Positions 1-12,930 of a DNA stretch of 63,543 nt are shown in pieces. The position numbers were made by a program, and so were the translations under genes. This DNA is from Octopus bimaculoides (lineage: Eukaryota), in assembly GCF_001194135.2 (NCBI RefSeq), contig NC_068984.1:37168230-37231772 (forward strand), in the 5' to 3' direction. The notes under the pieces are model-generated. The model was not told the DNA's origin, ran no database searches, and saw nothing but the letters and a program-made list of their open reading frames with translations. How positions within the stretch are numbered: the first letter of the stretch is position 1; each line of letters starts with the position of its first letter.

Positions 1-185
1 TATATATATATATATATATATATTCATGCACATAAGCACACATACACATATACACACATACACACATACACACATATACATATATATATGTTTGTGTATA
101 TTTATAACCATCTATTAATATATCTAACTAAGCATGTGTATGTAGGTTTGAGTGCGTGTGTGTGTGTGTGTGTTTGTGTGTGTGC
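1..185. repeat. (TA)n/(CA)n/(GT)n microsatellite mosaic
   Basis: Dinucleotide runs seen directly. Confidence 0.9.
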
Positions 186-1069
186 ATGAGTGTGTTCGAA
201 AATTATATAAAAGTACAAACAAACAGAACAGACGGAAAATACATACATAGGATGTCGTTAAATCTTCAGTTATCGTTGAAAAGATAGTAGCAATTTCACG
301 CCTTGAACGATAATATCGACCCCTTGGGCGGCGTAAGCTTCTAGAGGCCGCTGGAAAATAGCTAGTAAAAAATAAGGGACGAAACAAAAACTAAATAAAG
401 ATTATATATTATACAATCAAAATAATATTCGTGACGAGTGATTGGACAAGAGAAAGATACAAAAACAAATACGACAGAATGTGGATATAGAAACAAAATG
501 AAATAAATAAATAGAATTAGGCCTTATGCTTATAAATAAATGCATGTGTGTATGTATGTATGCACATGTATATGAAGCTATCAGTTGCATCATTGAGAAA
601 CATGTCGAAAGTATAAGAAAGTTGCCAGACAAAGAGAAACTGAGATTATGTGAATTCCAAAATGTATTCAGTTATCCTTGAAGCGAGATTCGCGACGTTA
701 CTGAGTTCGTCACGGTACACATTCCTCATTATTAGAAGTAATGTTTCCTTAGTTTGGTGCATCATAAGATTTTCATAAAAGTTTAACGCCGCGTCTTTTC
801 TATTCACTGAAGCTTTAAATTATTGCTTATGTAGTGTAAAATTCAAGCACATTATGAAAAGCTTATATGCCGAAATAAGAAAAATAATTTGATCTGTAAA
901 ACGATTGAGACCTAATGGAGCTAGAAATAGATATTCAAGGTTCACTGCAAGAATGATGTTAGTGCATTGTTCAAAGATAACTTCAGGAACAAAGCGTATG
1001 ATTAAACCAAAACATACGCAAAGACCCAAATAGTGACACACATATGCACACTCCACGCTCACGGATATT

Positions 1070-1148
1070 TGCGTGTATGTGTGTATCTGCACATATGTAT
1101 GTATGATGTATGTATATATATACATATATATATGTATGTATATATATA

Positions 1149-1181
<33 letters not shown>

Positions 1182-1192
1182 TGCATGATGTA

Positions 1193-1246
<54 letters not shown>

Positions 1247-1530
1247 AATACATATGTGCAGTTACACACATACACGCAAATATATATATCTGTATGTTAT
1301 GTATTTATATGTATGGAAGTATGCATTTTTATACATATNNNNNNNNNNNNNNNNNNNNNNNNNNNNNNNNNNNNNNNNNNNNNNNNNNNNNNNNNNNNNN
1401 NNNNNNNNNNNNNNNNNNNNNNNNNNNNNNNNNNNNNNNNNNNNNNNNNNNNNNNNNNNNNNNNNNNNNNNNNNNNNNNNNNNNNNNNNNNNNNNNNNNN
1501 NNNNNNNNNNNNNNNNNNNNNNNNNNNNNN

Positions 1531-1575
<45 letters not shown>

Positions 1576-1700
1576 AATACATATATGTATTTTATATATT
1601 TCATATATGTATATATACATAGACACATATATGTGTGTGTGTTTGTGTATGCATGTATGTCTGTATGTGTGCGTGTGCGTATGCATGCATGTATACTAGT
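1070..1700. repeat. (TA)n/(TG)n microsatellite mosaic flanking an N gap
   Basis: Seen directly; gives the YIYI/CVCV pseudo-ORFs. Confidence 0.9.
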
Positions 1701-3509
1701 GTAACGTAATATATTTGATGCATTGCGAATTAGAATTAGAGATGATTAGAATGCCATAATGTTACAACTTAAACATAGATAGAAATTAGAACAAACGTAA
1801 ACGTTTGCCTTCAAGGAAAATACACAACCTTTTCATATCTGTGGCCTTGAACTGCTAAAGTGCTGAATCAAAGAAGTAAACGTATGTGCGCTAGGTGTTC
1901 GTTTTCATATCTATATTTCTTAATTGAGACGTTCACTACATTATTAATGTGTGCCTTTACAAATACATACATACATACGTACATAATGTATGCATTTATA
2001 TGCATGTACGATTGTGCGCGCGGGTGTTGATGTTTAAATTTATGTATGCATACATGTGTGTTAATATCTGTCGTATTTTAAAACCTTATGTTAGGTCGCT
2101 CTTGACTGCTATTGGTAACATGTACAACCCCTCTCATGGTCAGGTCGTCGGCGACAGAACCGGCAACCTCAGCAAGATTGCTTGACGTTGAGGGCACTGT
2201 AAATCAAGACAGTCAATGAGTATCTGTATATGTACACACGGATATATTTTCATATATTCATATTAGTGCGAACACGCTATATTTAAGATAGCATGATTTA
2301 CATTGATTTTATATCATTGTATCATATACTCGTATAGTGTATATTTTAAAGTATTTATATCGCATGCACGTAGGAAGGGCGCTGGTAAGACATGGGACAT
2401 GAAGGAAGCTGGAACGACAATAGAAGAAAAGGCAAATTAGAGTTATTAGGTTAAATGCAATTAGGTTAAAAAAAACGTGCATTTACAAAGCAATTAAAAA
2501 TTACTACCAAAATACTCTCAATAAATTTTGACATATATATATACACACACACACACAGACACATACGCGCGCGCACACTCACACACTCTGATGCATATTT
2601 AATACTGTCAGTGTTCCTCTATTCCTTACAGTATCATTTTAAATACAGTTGTCCTATCTATGCTTATGTGAAGTGGAAAATTAAGCACATCTCATTCACA
2701 TTATTGTCACCTATTTGATGCAAACCGAACGATAGAAGTTTATTGTTTGTTCATATATAAAATAAGGCTGTATAATCAAATTTTGTTACATACAAAATGA
2801 AAGTGAAGTAAATCAAGCAGATATATAGATATTTAATACCAACATAATCTTAGTCCTTCGTTTTTGGATTTGGTTTGCAAGATTCTTTATGTGAGTTCGT
2901 GTGTTGAAGCATATTCTGTTGTGTCTGGGGAGAGTCATTTTCTTTCTGGAAAGAATAAGTGGAAATTTTACCGGCGAGTGTGTTAAATTGTAAGGCACAA
3001 AAAGAAAATGACTCTCACCCGACAAAAAAAAATCTTAGTACTACTTATGTTAAAGCAATGGCCGTATCTGCAGAATTACGTCACACCAATTTGTTCCCTC
3101 ATCACTTCCAGAAAAATTGCCTTTTTTAATGAAAATTTACACAGTATATTCTCCTGAATTCAGAAAAATTCATTCCTTTTTTTTTTTTTTCCTATAAACG
3201 AGTATTTTTAAATGAAAATTTCTATAATTACCTTTCAGAGTGTGCAAATTACTATTATATGGAAATTTGGTGTGAAAATTAAAATGATGAGCATGCATGC
3301 ATGCATACACACTAAAATACATCATAAATTTTCGAAAGTTAAAGTTCCATTTTGTAGATATATGTGATGTGTGTCGGTGTGTGAATGTGCTTGCCCACCA
3401 TTTATCTTTTGTTTGTGTTTTGTATTTTTTAAATTTTTTTTGTGTCTTTTTCATATTAAATTCCTAAATAACCGTAACTTACACACTCTGAAAGATAGTT
3501 TTCTGCAAG

Positions 3510-4129
3510 TTATGAACAAAGAAAGGCTGCTCGCATGTAATTTCCGAAACTACTCTTCCTACACACAAAACTTCTTTTCACAACAAATTTCTATATAAAC
3601 GATATCTACACCATCTGAAGCGTATTTCAAGAGTATATCTGTAAGATATATCAAATGTTCTAGACATTATGAAGAGGGAACAATATGAGGACACGCATGT
3701 GTAGGTATGCCTAGCAACGGAATATTATTTCTTAGGAGAACGCCTTAACAGTTGATTTTAATATTAAAAAAAACACTGGTCAATAAATTCAGAATATCAA
3801 TAGAAAAAAGTGTATGAAACATAAATTGTGATAGAAGTTGTAGATATATCCGAAGATGCAATGTTTGCCAGATAAAAACTCAAATGACATGCGCACAAAC
3901 TGTAGCAGGCGACGAATGCTTTGCTCCGGCCGAATCCGCAGGTTATTGTATATCATTGCGCGTGTGTTACTGGAAATCCATAAGAAATGTTTTTTTACAG
4001 ATATACTCTTCAAATACGCTTCAAATGGTGTAGATATCTTTTATATAGAAATTTGTTGTGAAAAAAAGTTTTGTGTGTAGGGAGAGAAGTTTCGGAAAAT
4101 ACATGCGAGGAGCCTTTCTTCGCTCATAA
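3510..4129. mobile_element. Foldback/MITE-like element with inverted arms of at least 135 bp
   Basis: 3510-3644 is the reverse complement of 3995-4129 at high identity; the right arm runs into an N gap, so true ends and TSD are not visible. Confidence 0.55.
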
Positions 4130-4429
4130 NNNNNNNNNNNNNNNNNNNNNNNNNNNNNNNNNNNNNNNNNNNNNNNNNNNNNNNNNNNNNNNNNNNNNNN
4201 NNNNNNNNNNNNNNNNNNNNNNNNNNNNNNNNNNNNNNNNNNNNNNNNNNNNNNNNNNNNNNNNNNNNNNNNNNNNNNNNNNNNNNNNNNNNNNNNNNNN
4301 NNNNNNNNNNNNNNNNNNNNNNNNNNNNNNNNNNNNNNNNNNNNNNNNNNNNNNNNNNNNNNNNNNNNNNNNNNNNNNNNNNNNNNTATATATATATATA
4401 TCTTCCGATTGTAAAGAGATTACAAACGA

Positions 4430-5700
4430 TGATAGAAGTCCAAATACATGTTTAAGGAGACCATATAAAGCATTTGAATTCTTTCTGTGAAGTACATTTT
4501 GAACATCCAATATTTGTGACCACAACGTGTTTTTAATCTATTAAAATCTCGCTAGAGCTCTGATCTCTGCGACTTAGAGGAGTTATACAGACTTTATATT
4601 CTTTGCACTTAGATCAAATGAAATCCTGTGAATAGATTGTTTTCCCCCAACAGCTGGCATATTTCATTCTTATTGTTGTCAAACCAGTCTCTGTGTATCT
4701 TTCTGTTGATTCCGAAGATAGTGCTGCCCAAATCTGATCCTTGAAATTCTTCCAAGTTCTATCAAAACTAATATCATTGAACTTGCTTTGAACAAGTTCC
4801 AATATATTTGATAGAGTTAATTTATCAACATCAATTCGCTTTGGTACTTTTCCACTGTTCATGAGAATTCTCTTCCGAACCCGAAATTTGAATTAAGCCG
4901 TATTCGTTTATGATCACTAACACAATCTATGCCGTGTAAACACATAGATTACAGACTTCCTGCAAATCAGAATTTGGAGTAAGAATAAAATCAATAATGT
5001 GACCTTGCCTTGATTATGGATTTGTCCATGTTATTTGATACCTAGCAAAAGTGTTTAAAATGTTTAAATTAATTTCGGAGCAAAGTTGAAATGCAATCAG
5101 TTACTATTCTCATGATCAATGCCATGGCGGCCAAACGAACCCCTAATCTGAAATTGCCCGCCAGTACGAGCATTAAACTCTCCCAGAATCATAAGTTAAT
5201 TTTTCTAGGAAGGTGTAACATAATTGATATTTGGGAATGACTTGTAGATAGATTACATTCTCATTTACCTGAAGAGTTGATACATACACAGAAAACAACC
5301 CCAAATATTTTCCAACCACAAATATTTTGAACCCAAATGAAGCTTCTGTCAAATGATCTTCACGAGAAGTGGAGTTTCTTAAGGCGTTATTACATATACG
5401 GTGAAACTTTGCAGTTATTTAACCACAAGTTCAGTCAGACATTCAGGACAATTCGCATGATCTAGAAGCGATCTTGTATTCCAACAGCAGATGTTAGAAA
5501 TGTCATTTTACCTTCAGAATAAAGTCTAGCGTTAAATCATTTTTCTTTTCTGAATTTGATGAACTGCCACCAATTGCATTTAACTAACCAGCTTAAGGGG
5601 AAAGGCAGAGTTTAGTGCAGATTTTCTAGCACATTCCAAGACACAGAGTGAATGGGTGAGCAGTGCGTCCTAAAACACGGTTTCTCGGACACAAAGAACT
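4430..5700 (-). mobile_element. Decayed RTE-clade LINE, APE endonuclease region
   Basis: Minus-strand translation across stops and frameshifts gives MILGEFNARTG, FGRHGIDHENSN, NLNILNTF, ITWTNP*SRQGHIIDFIL and GIDCVSDHKRIRL, matching RTE/BovB GDFNAR, TWxHPRSxxxHLIDY and SDH motifs. Confidence 0.8.
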
Positions 5701-5883
5701 ACATTGAATCCCGTGAACGTCCGCGATTTCATGAGTCCTGCTTTTGAGATACATTGTCCACTAATCAACCTCGTCAACAAAACTGGCTCGTAAGATTGTC
5801 AGTTTAGTCACCGACAACCCGACCGCGCAACAGGTTGTTCTGGATTACACGCAACCGTAGTATTTTATAGTGACCTGATAATA

Positions 5884-5926
<43 letters not shown>

Positions 5927-6228
5927 GTATATATATATATATATATATATCGTGTAAACAGAGTTAGCATTTACAATAACCGACTAAGGGATAGAATATT
6001 CGTATATAATATTGGTATACGTTTCCCATGTTATCCCCGGGCATTGGGTAATAAACTGTAGTATTCCCTACACCATTACCAGCTCACTCTTTTACCTACG
6101 TACCTCGTAGACCCTAGTTAGAAGATTATATGCTTTTAACATATTGGGATTCTAGACTTTTTTCTATGCCATGTTTACTCGCCTTTCCTTCTTCCCTTTG
6201 TTTCTATTGTATACTCATAATTTTCACT

Positions 6229-6334
6229 CTGATGAACCTCCGTGCCTTAATTGGAACGTCCTATGAAGATGAAGAACTTTATTCTCGCACTTATTTATAG
6301 ACAGCATTTTGGCAACGGATCGGAAACGGCCGTA
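6229..6334 (+). ncRNA. Degenerate minimal hammerhead-like motifs in a Penelope-terminus-like tract
   Basis: CTGATGA at 6229 followed by GGAACGTC (one mismatch to GAAACGTC). Separately, GAAA plus palindrome ACGGCCGT plus A at 6323-6334, with no clear upstream core. Confidence 0.3.
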
Positions 6335-6966
6335 GGATATGTTACGTCACCTATTTGTCATGTCATGCTTTGTATTAAAAACAATAGCTATAAATGTGAT
6401 CCAATCGATGTGTTTGTTAATCTGAGGTTTTCTCCATTTTCTCATTATATATATATATATACATATATATAAGGATTTTCTCCCTTTATGTATATGTGAA
6501 TTAGTTGAAAACGGTCAATAAGTCAATTTGTATGCACGTGGGTAACTTTTAAACACCATATATAAGAAATTTTTGGAGGTATGGATAGAAAAGACAAATG
6601 TAAGGAAAATAAGTAGTTGCTTTCTGGGGTGCTTGATTTGATGACAGATAAAAAGGAAATCAAGCATATTATAAAAACAATAGATTGTTGCGTTTAACTA
6701 TTGAAATATTGTTCGGCTCTTATTGAAGAATGAGACAGAACAAAGAGTTCCGAAACATCCTTTTTCCAAAACTCAAGATCAATTGCACACGTAACCTTTT
6801 TCAACTCACTCACATATACTTGAAAGGAGAAAATCATAAACAAACTACAATTCATGGTAATACCTGGAGGTCATGAAAGTACCCAATAAATAGTATTTAT
6901 ACAAATGCTGAGTACTTTCTTCTTATACTAATACATACATATATATCCACATACAGACACACGTAC

Positions 6967-6969
<3 letters not shown>

Positions 6970-7033
<64 letters not shown>
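6970..7033. repeat. (GT)n microsatellite at a gap edge
   Basis: Seen directly. Confidence 0.95.
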
Positions 7034-7573
7034 NNNNNNNNNNNNNNNNNNNNNNNNNNNNNNNNNNNNNNNNNNNNNNNNNNNNNNNNNNNNNNNNNNN
7101 NNNNNNNNNNNNNNNNNNNNNNNNNNNNNNNNNNNNNNNNNNNNNNNNNNNNNNNNNNNNNNNNNNNNNNNNNNNNNNNNNNNNNNNNNNNNNNNNNNNN
7201 NNNNNNNNNNNNNNNNNNNNNNNNNNNNNNNNNNNNNNNNNNNNNNNNNNNNNNNNNNNNNNNNNNNNNNNNNNNNNNNNNNNNNNNNNNNNNNNNNNNN
7301 NNNNNNNNNNNNNNNNNNNNNNNNNNNNNNNNNNNNNNNNNNNNNNNNNNNNNNNNNNNNNNNNNNNNNNNNNNNNNNNNNNNNNNNNNNNNNNNNNNNN
7401 NNNNNNNNNNNNNNNNNNNNNNNNNNNNNNNNNNNNNNNNNNNNNNNNNNNNNNNNNNNNNNNNNNNNNNNNNNNNNNNNNNNNNNNNNNNNNNNNNNNN
7501 NNNNNNNNNNNNNNNNNNNNNNNNNNNNNNNNNNNNNNNNNNNNNNNNNNNNNNNNNNNNNNNNNNNNNNNNN

Positions 7574-7614
<41 letters not shown>

Positions 7615-7619
7615 GTATA

Positions 7620-8523
7620 TTGGGTCATCCCATAAATAATACAGTTCTTTTCAGTTGCCTGAACTAAAAGCCGTAGAAGGACAGGATAAATTACCAGCAT
7701 CAACTTGCTATAAAAAGCAGGTAGTAATTTTACTTACTTATTCTTAGTACAAGCTTTGAAGAGAGCAGTTCGATTTTAACAGTTACTTTTTCAAAACTAT
7801 AATTGAAGTGACATAGAAGCGCATTCTGCATATGTTGCTTTATGAATTTAATAAAAGCAACAACGCAAAGGAATGTGCGAGGAATATTAATGCGGTACCT
7901 GATGATTGGACAATAGGCAAAAGCCAGTGTGATCGGTAGTTCCAGAAATTCGGAGCCAGAAACTACAGCCTAGAAAACGAGCCGTGTCCTAGAAGATCTT
8001 TAGAGCTCGACGAGGTCGTCCTGCAACCCTGCTGGAACAAAAACCCATCGTAACTGTTGAGGAACAAGCAGAGAAGCTTGGATTTGGTCTTTCAATCATT
8101 CATCGACACGTGCCATGAGAAACGTCAACAAATTGGGTCAATGAGTTCCTCACAAACTTTTCGAGTCTAATCGTGTGCAGAAAGTAAATGTGGGCATATC
8201 TTTACTATATTTCACGTCTCATGAACAAACTATTACGAGACTGGTTACGAGAAATCTGTTCTCTATAAAAATGTCATTTAGGCCGCAATCTTCAAAATCA
8301 TTTGAACGGAAAAAATATGAATTCTGTAGAGGTCAGAACAGACATTTTTCGTCACGGACAAGTGAATTTTGGAAGAAGGGTACTGCAAGTCTACCAGATA
8401 GATAGAAAAGCATTGTAGAAAATGAAGGAGAGTATATTTTAGATTAAAAAAGAACTTTGTTTATCTTAATTTTGAAAAATAAATGAAGTATAAAAAAACC
8501 GCATTATTTATGCGATGGTCCAA
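7620..8523 (+). mobile_element. Internally deleted mariner element with both TIRs
   Basis: TIRs ttgggtcatcccataaataatacagtt and (reverse complement) ttggaccatcgcataaataatgcggtt, TA on the left. Translation shows the HTH region FQKF..NYSLENEP, then LGQ*VPHKL (WVPHEL), a deletion of the catalytic core, and C-terminal SEFWKKGTASLPDR*KSIVENEGEYILD. Confidence 0.9.
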
Positions 8524-8552
8524 TGTATACGTATACATACATACATATATAT

Positions 8553-8585
<33 letters not shown>

Positions 8586-8599
8586 AATTTAACACCAAT

Positions 8600-9771
8600 C
8601 AAATTTCATTGTGCTTTTTTTTTGTATTGTAGATGGTTTTATTTATCTAATTTAATGCTTATGTCTATCACTTTTTCAGACTGTAGTATAAATTAAGCTA
8701 AGATGCGTAACCTCACCGAGTTCGAAAAAGCGCAAATTGTTAGAGCTCGAATGGAAGGAGTTTCCGTCACCAGAAAAGCTGGACTTCTTGGTTTTTCGAG
8801 AGCTAGCATATCAAGGACTGTGACTGAATTTGAGAAGCAGAGCAAAGCCTGCATCAGGAGGCGTAAGTCCGACAGGGCTTCGAAGCTCACTGAAAGAGGC
8901 CAACGACTGTTGAATCTCCTTGTGACGAAAAATTACCGGACAACTGCCCCTAAATTGACTGCAGAGTTGAATCAACATCTGACTAGTCCAGTTTTCATCA
9001 AAAATGTTCGCCGTGAGCTGAATAAAGCCAGATATCATGGAAGAACCACCATGAAGAAACCTCTGCCTTTTCATCAAAACATTTAGAAAGGGCTGAACTG
9101 GTGTAGAGATCACAAGAGTTGGTCAAAAGACCAATGGAAGCAAGTAGTATTCTCCGACATGTTCACTTGTTCTCTTTTCCCCACTGCAGGACGAGTTTAT
9201 GTGTGGAGGTAGGCCGGGAAGCTTTTAATTCTGACTGCCTTCTTCCTACAGTGGACCATGGAGGAGGTTTGGGCAGCATTTTCTTGGAATTCTCTTGGTC
9301 AAATCGCTTCCCTTCGTAGTAGGACCAACAGCAATGATTATTTGAATATTTTTGGAAATCAAGTCTTTCCCATGGTCCGGACATTATTCCCCGATGGTGA
9401 GGACAGCTTCCAAGATGACGATGCTCCAATACACACCTCTCATGTGGTTGAAAATTGGTATGAGGTGCATAGTAATGAGCTACAATACATAGAATGCCCA
9501 CCGCCTCAATCTCCAGGTCTTAATATTATTGAGCATCTGTGGTGCATCTTAGAGTGACAAGTTAGAAGTAGTTACCTTCTACCGTCGTGTCTGCAACAGC
9601 TGGAGCAGGTTTTGCAAGAAGAATGGATCAAGATTCCACTCAATGAAGTCAAGAATCTGTATTAATCAATTCCTAGATGCATCGAAGCTGCTCACAAAGA
9701 TAAAGGAGGATCATATTTAATTCATATTCATTGAATTTAACACATGTTCCAATTATTTTGTCCAACCTCTG
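8600..9771 (+). mobile_element. Tc1-like transposon, transposase pseudogene; 3' TIR present, 5' TIR not seen
   Basis: ORF fragments 8703-9086 (paired-like HTH LTEFEKAQIVRAR..GVS), VVFSD, HGGG..VWAAFSW, FQDDDAPIH and QSPGLNIIEHLW, with stops and frameshifts. Ends ttccaattattttgtccaacctctg followed by TA. Confidence 0.9.
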
Positions 9772-9960
9772 TATATATATATGTGTGCGTGTGTGTGTAA
9801 TCTATTTGTATATTGATTCTAAAGTGGCCCTACGTTGAATTCCACTGTTATATATTTCCAAGATCTTTACAATAGGGTTCGATCAATAAATTTACTGGAA
9901 TCTGTAAAATCGATTATTTTTTCCAGCTAAGTTTCAGAACTTGTAACATGTAAAAATAAT

Positions 9961-9993
<33 letters not shown>

Positions 9994-10150
9994 CTGTGTG
10001 TGCACGTTTGCTCGTATTTGTGTGTGTGATGCGACTATGTGTTCGTGCTTATTTATATATGGGTTGTACATGGTAACATACAAACCTTAATTAAACTATC
10101 ACTCGGTGAATTTAAATAGGATATTACATTTAATTTCGCGATGAAAATTT

Positions 10151-10200
10151 AGACAGTGAGTTCGAATTTTCGACAAACGTTGGCTTCATCAGACAGCCTC
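10151..10200 (-). ncRNA. Minimal type I hammerhead ribozyme-like motif
   Basis: Minus strand: aggctgt-CTGATGA-a-gccaacgtttgtc-GAAA-attcgaac-TC-actgtct. Both core strands intact; stem I 6 of 7 pairs; stem II 4 of 5 pairs; near-palindromic stem III. Confidence 0.55.
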
Positions 10201-11075
10201 ACAAACGAAATTTCGAAGTCACTTTCTACCTTTTCTTTGTAAACATAAATCCAAATGTGTGTGGTTTTATGTATATGAATATTTGGTTTTTGTGTGCGTG
10301 TTACACATTTCTTTTAAGCAACTTTTCCATGTAAACCTCATAATTTACACGTTATATTTTCTTTCATTTTCTTTAGTAACTATTTATTATATATGCAAAT
10401 ATTTTCTAGTTTCGTATATATTTGCTAAAAATTGATCGAATTGGTTCTTGTACTGAAGATCAAAAGTACCATATTCTTTGGCAACTTAACAAGAGCATTA
10501 TATATGAAACCTAAGTAACCGTACTTTTTCCTTTTCAGCCTATAGAACCGACCACATACTAGCTTTAACGATGGCTTTCCTTTCGTTAAAGTAGGATGGG
10601 AGGCGATTTAAATATTATCACGAACCCTTACAAGTAAGAATCAATAAGATTTGAAAGATATCTAGCTCTGTGAACCAGCACTTGGAGTGGCTTTCTTTTG
10701 TGCATTAAAATATTTATACTATTACTGAATATACAAAATAACTGGTCCATTTAGTTATATAATATTTGATATTATTACTGTTGGAAGAAGGGGATTGTTT
10801 GAGTCACTGGCTGAGTAAATGATTGACTATTTGAGCAGTTGTCCGATTATGATGATATCAGAGTGATTGAGGAAATTATAAATTAATTGGTAGGCTGATT
10901 GACAGATCGATTGATTTATTGATTGAATCGAGTTCAATAATTTTGCTCGGAGTTCATTATATAGTCTTAATTTTCTTTAGTACATGCATATTTGTATGAA
11001 AATAGTTCATAAAATACATGTAGTACAAGAAAGTATTTAAAGAAGCAGAAATTAAAATGAGGATATATCTCTCAA

Positions 11076-12050
11076 TACGAGTGTTGTATCAAAAGTAATG
11101 CAAATTAACTTTCGTAGGTCGTCCAAATTGCACGTTGGTTGAGTAACTCTTCCTCTATAGTAAGTATTCTTTACGTTCTTGTTCATTGTAGGTAATGATT
11201 GGATGGGTGCGGGTGCTGTTAAGGCTGTCTGTATCTACAGAAGGCAACATGTTTACATTGATGACACCATTGACAAGAGTAATAGGCACAGAGAGATGAA
11301 GAAGTTTACAGAAGGAGAAACCAGAATCGAAGACATCAACTGTGACTACGGAGAGGATTCGCTAAGAAGTGGACGAATTGATTTGCACAGACAGACGAAT
11401 CAAAATGTGATTGCACAAATTGGATTGTGGTCACAGTGAAACACAGAAGTTTTTCGATGAAAGAATCTGAGTATCGGGAAGTATGTGCAAAGTGTCACCT
11501 CGGCGCGATTGACACATGATTTGAAGGAGAAAATGTGAAAGTTTACTCTGAGCTGCTGCAAACGTTTTCCGATCCGGTGAGATGGTATAAAACGTGACCA
11601 AATTTTCATGAGCGGGAAATAAAAGACGGTCAGTTTACACAATACCGTCTCCAAGGCCTATGAATATCGAGAGACAAGAAAATCATTCTGGTTGTCTATC
11701 GGGATGACAACTGTGCTGTGTTATTAATGCTGTTTTGCAACACGGAATATCAAGAAGAGCGAGCAGTACTTTCAGATACTTAAAAATACCTGATCAAGAA
11801 TTTGAAAACGATTTACAGTCTCCATGACAATACGCAACTACACATGTCTTTGGTAACAAAACAAACAACTGGAAAATTTGACTGATCACCAATACTCATC
11901 GGCCCAACGAAGGACAGTCTTTAGACAACCATTTGATAACGCAGCGAGATGAAAGTAGCGCCAGAGAAATGGGTACAATAGTGCACACCTGAATGATTTG
12001 GAAGAGGATTCAAGAGTTAAGTTCAATGATTGCGCAAGTGCGTGTTTACT
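11076..12050 (+). mobile_element. Highly decayed mariner-like element
   Basis: TIR-like tacgagtgttgtatcaaaagtaatg. Fragments KKFTEGETRIED, DSLR.VDELI..DRRIK and YREVCAK..RRLTHDLK (WVP region), then a GIQEL-like C-terminus. Confidence 0.65.
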
Positions 12051-12359
12051 CTGATACTGTATATTTTGCTATACTACATTTCAAATCTTGATGTTCCTGT
12101 GAATCAATGATGTATTGTCTCCACTTCGTCCCGGGTGGAGATGCAAGTCAAAGGGTTTAAGCCTAACTGTATTTTATTATGATCATCTTGTAACTCTAGG
12201 TAAATATAAACAATATTCCAACGCTTACATGTGGCATTTTGCTCCTCCACACGTGTACCTCTGTGATGTATAAAAGTGTTGCCTTCAATAAGATTGGCAT
12301 TAACTACAGATGCCTAACCATCCAGTCTATTGTCGAGATAAAGATGAGGAATAAAAGAA

Positions 12360-12930
12360 CCATGCTAACCTGTGTTGGTTGGAATGTAAGAAGTTTACAA
12401 GACAGCAAAAACTGCCTAGAACGAAAATCAGAAATACTTCCGAAGGTAATGGGATGCTATAATATTGAATATTCAGTGTCTGCAAACCTGTTAAATAGGA
12501 AGAAGTTGGAAGTGGTAATACTTTTTGGAGTGGAAAGCCGGCAGATGAACCAAAAGTGTATGGTACTTCGGAAATCCCCATCCATCCCTCAAGCTGTTCA
12601 TAAGCGTCTCACCGTTCCGTATCCCGATAGTAAACCCTACCCTATGCATATTATCAGTACATATCAGCATGCAAACAGGGACACAACATCTACTCCAAAC
12701 TGCTGACAGTTGTCAGTAAAATTCCATATCATGACAAAATCATATTGAGGGGCGATTTTAAATTCCAGAATATGTAATAAACTCACAGTATAGTCAAGTG
12801 TATAAGGAAAGCATACAGTGAATGTTGAGCATACAGTGAATCTTTTCGCCTTCCTTTTTAACTATTCGTGGTTCAAAGGGCATGCAACATCAACTATATA
12901 GCATATGTGGTGCACCTTGTCCACCACCAT
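12360..12930 (+). mobile_element. Decayed RTE LINE, APE endonuclease N-terminal part
   Basis: GWNVRSLQDSKNCLERKSEILPKVMGCYNIE resembles RTE TWNVRTLLD..RPERRTA..RYNID; GDFNSRI near 12750. Confidence 0.65.

Noticed and set aside
960-1000. RFVPEV peptide shared with ORF 39966-40166, differing only at third codon positions
   Set aside because: Six residues with no similarity on either side; expected by chance among this many ORFs.
820-1704. Many 70-170 aa ORFs (YIYI, CVCV, HTHT, X-runs), here and at 6897-7703, 17725-18233, 28109-29149, 42416-42949 and 50060-50749
   Set aside because: Translations of stop-free dinucleotide repeats and N gaps.
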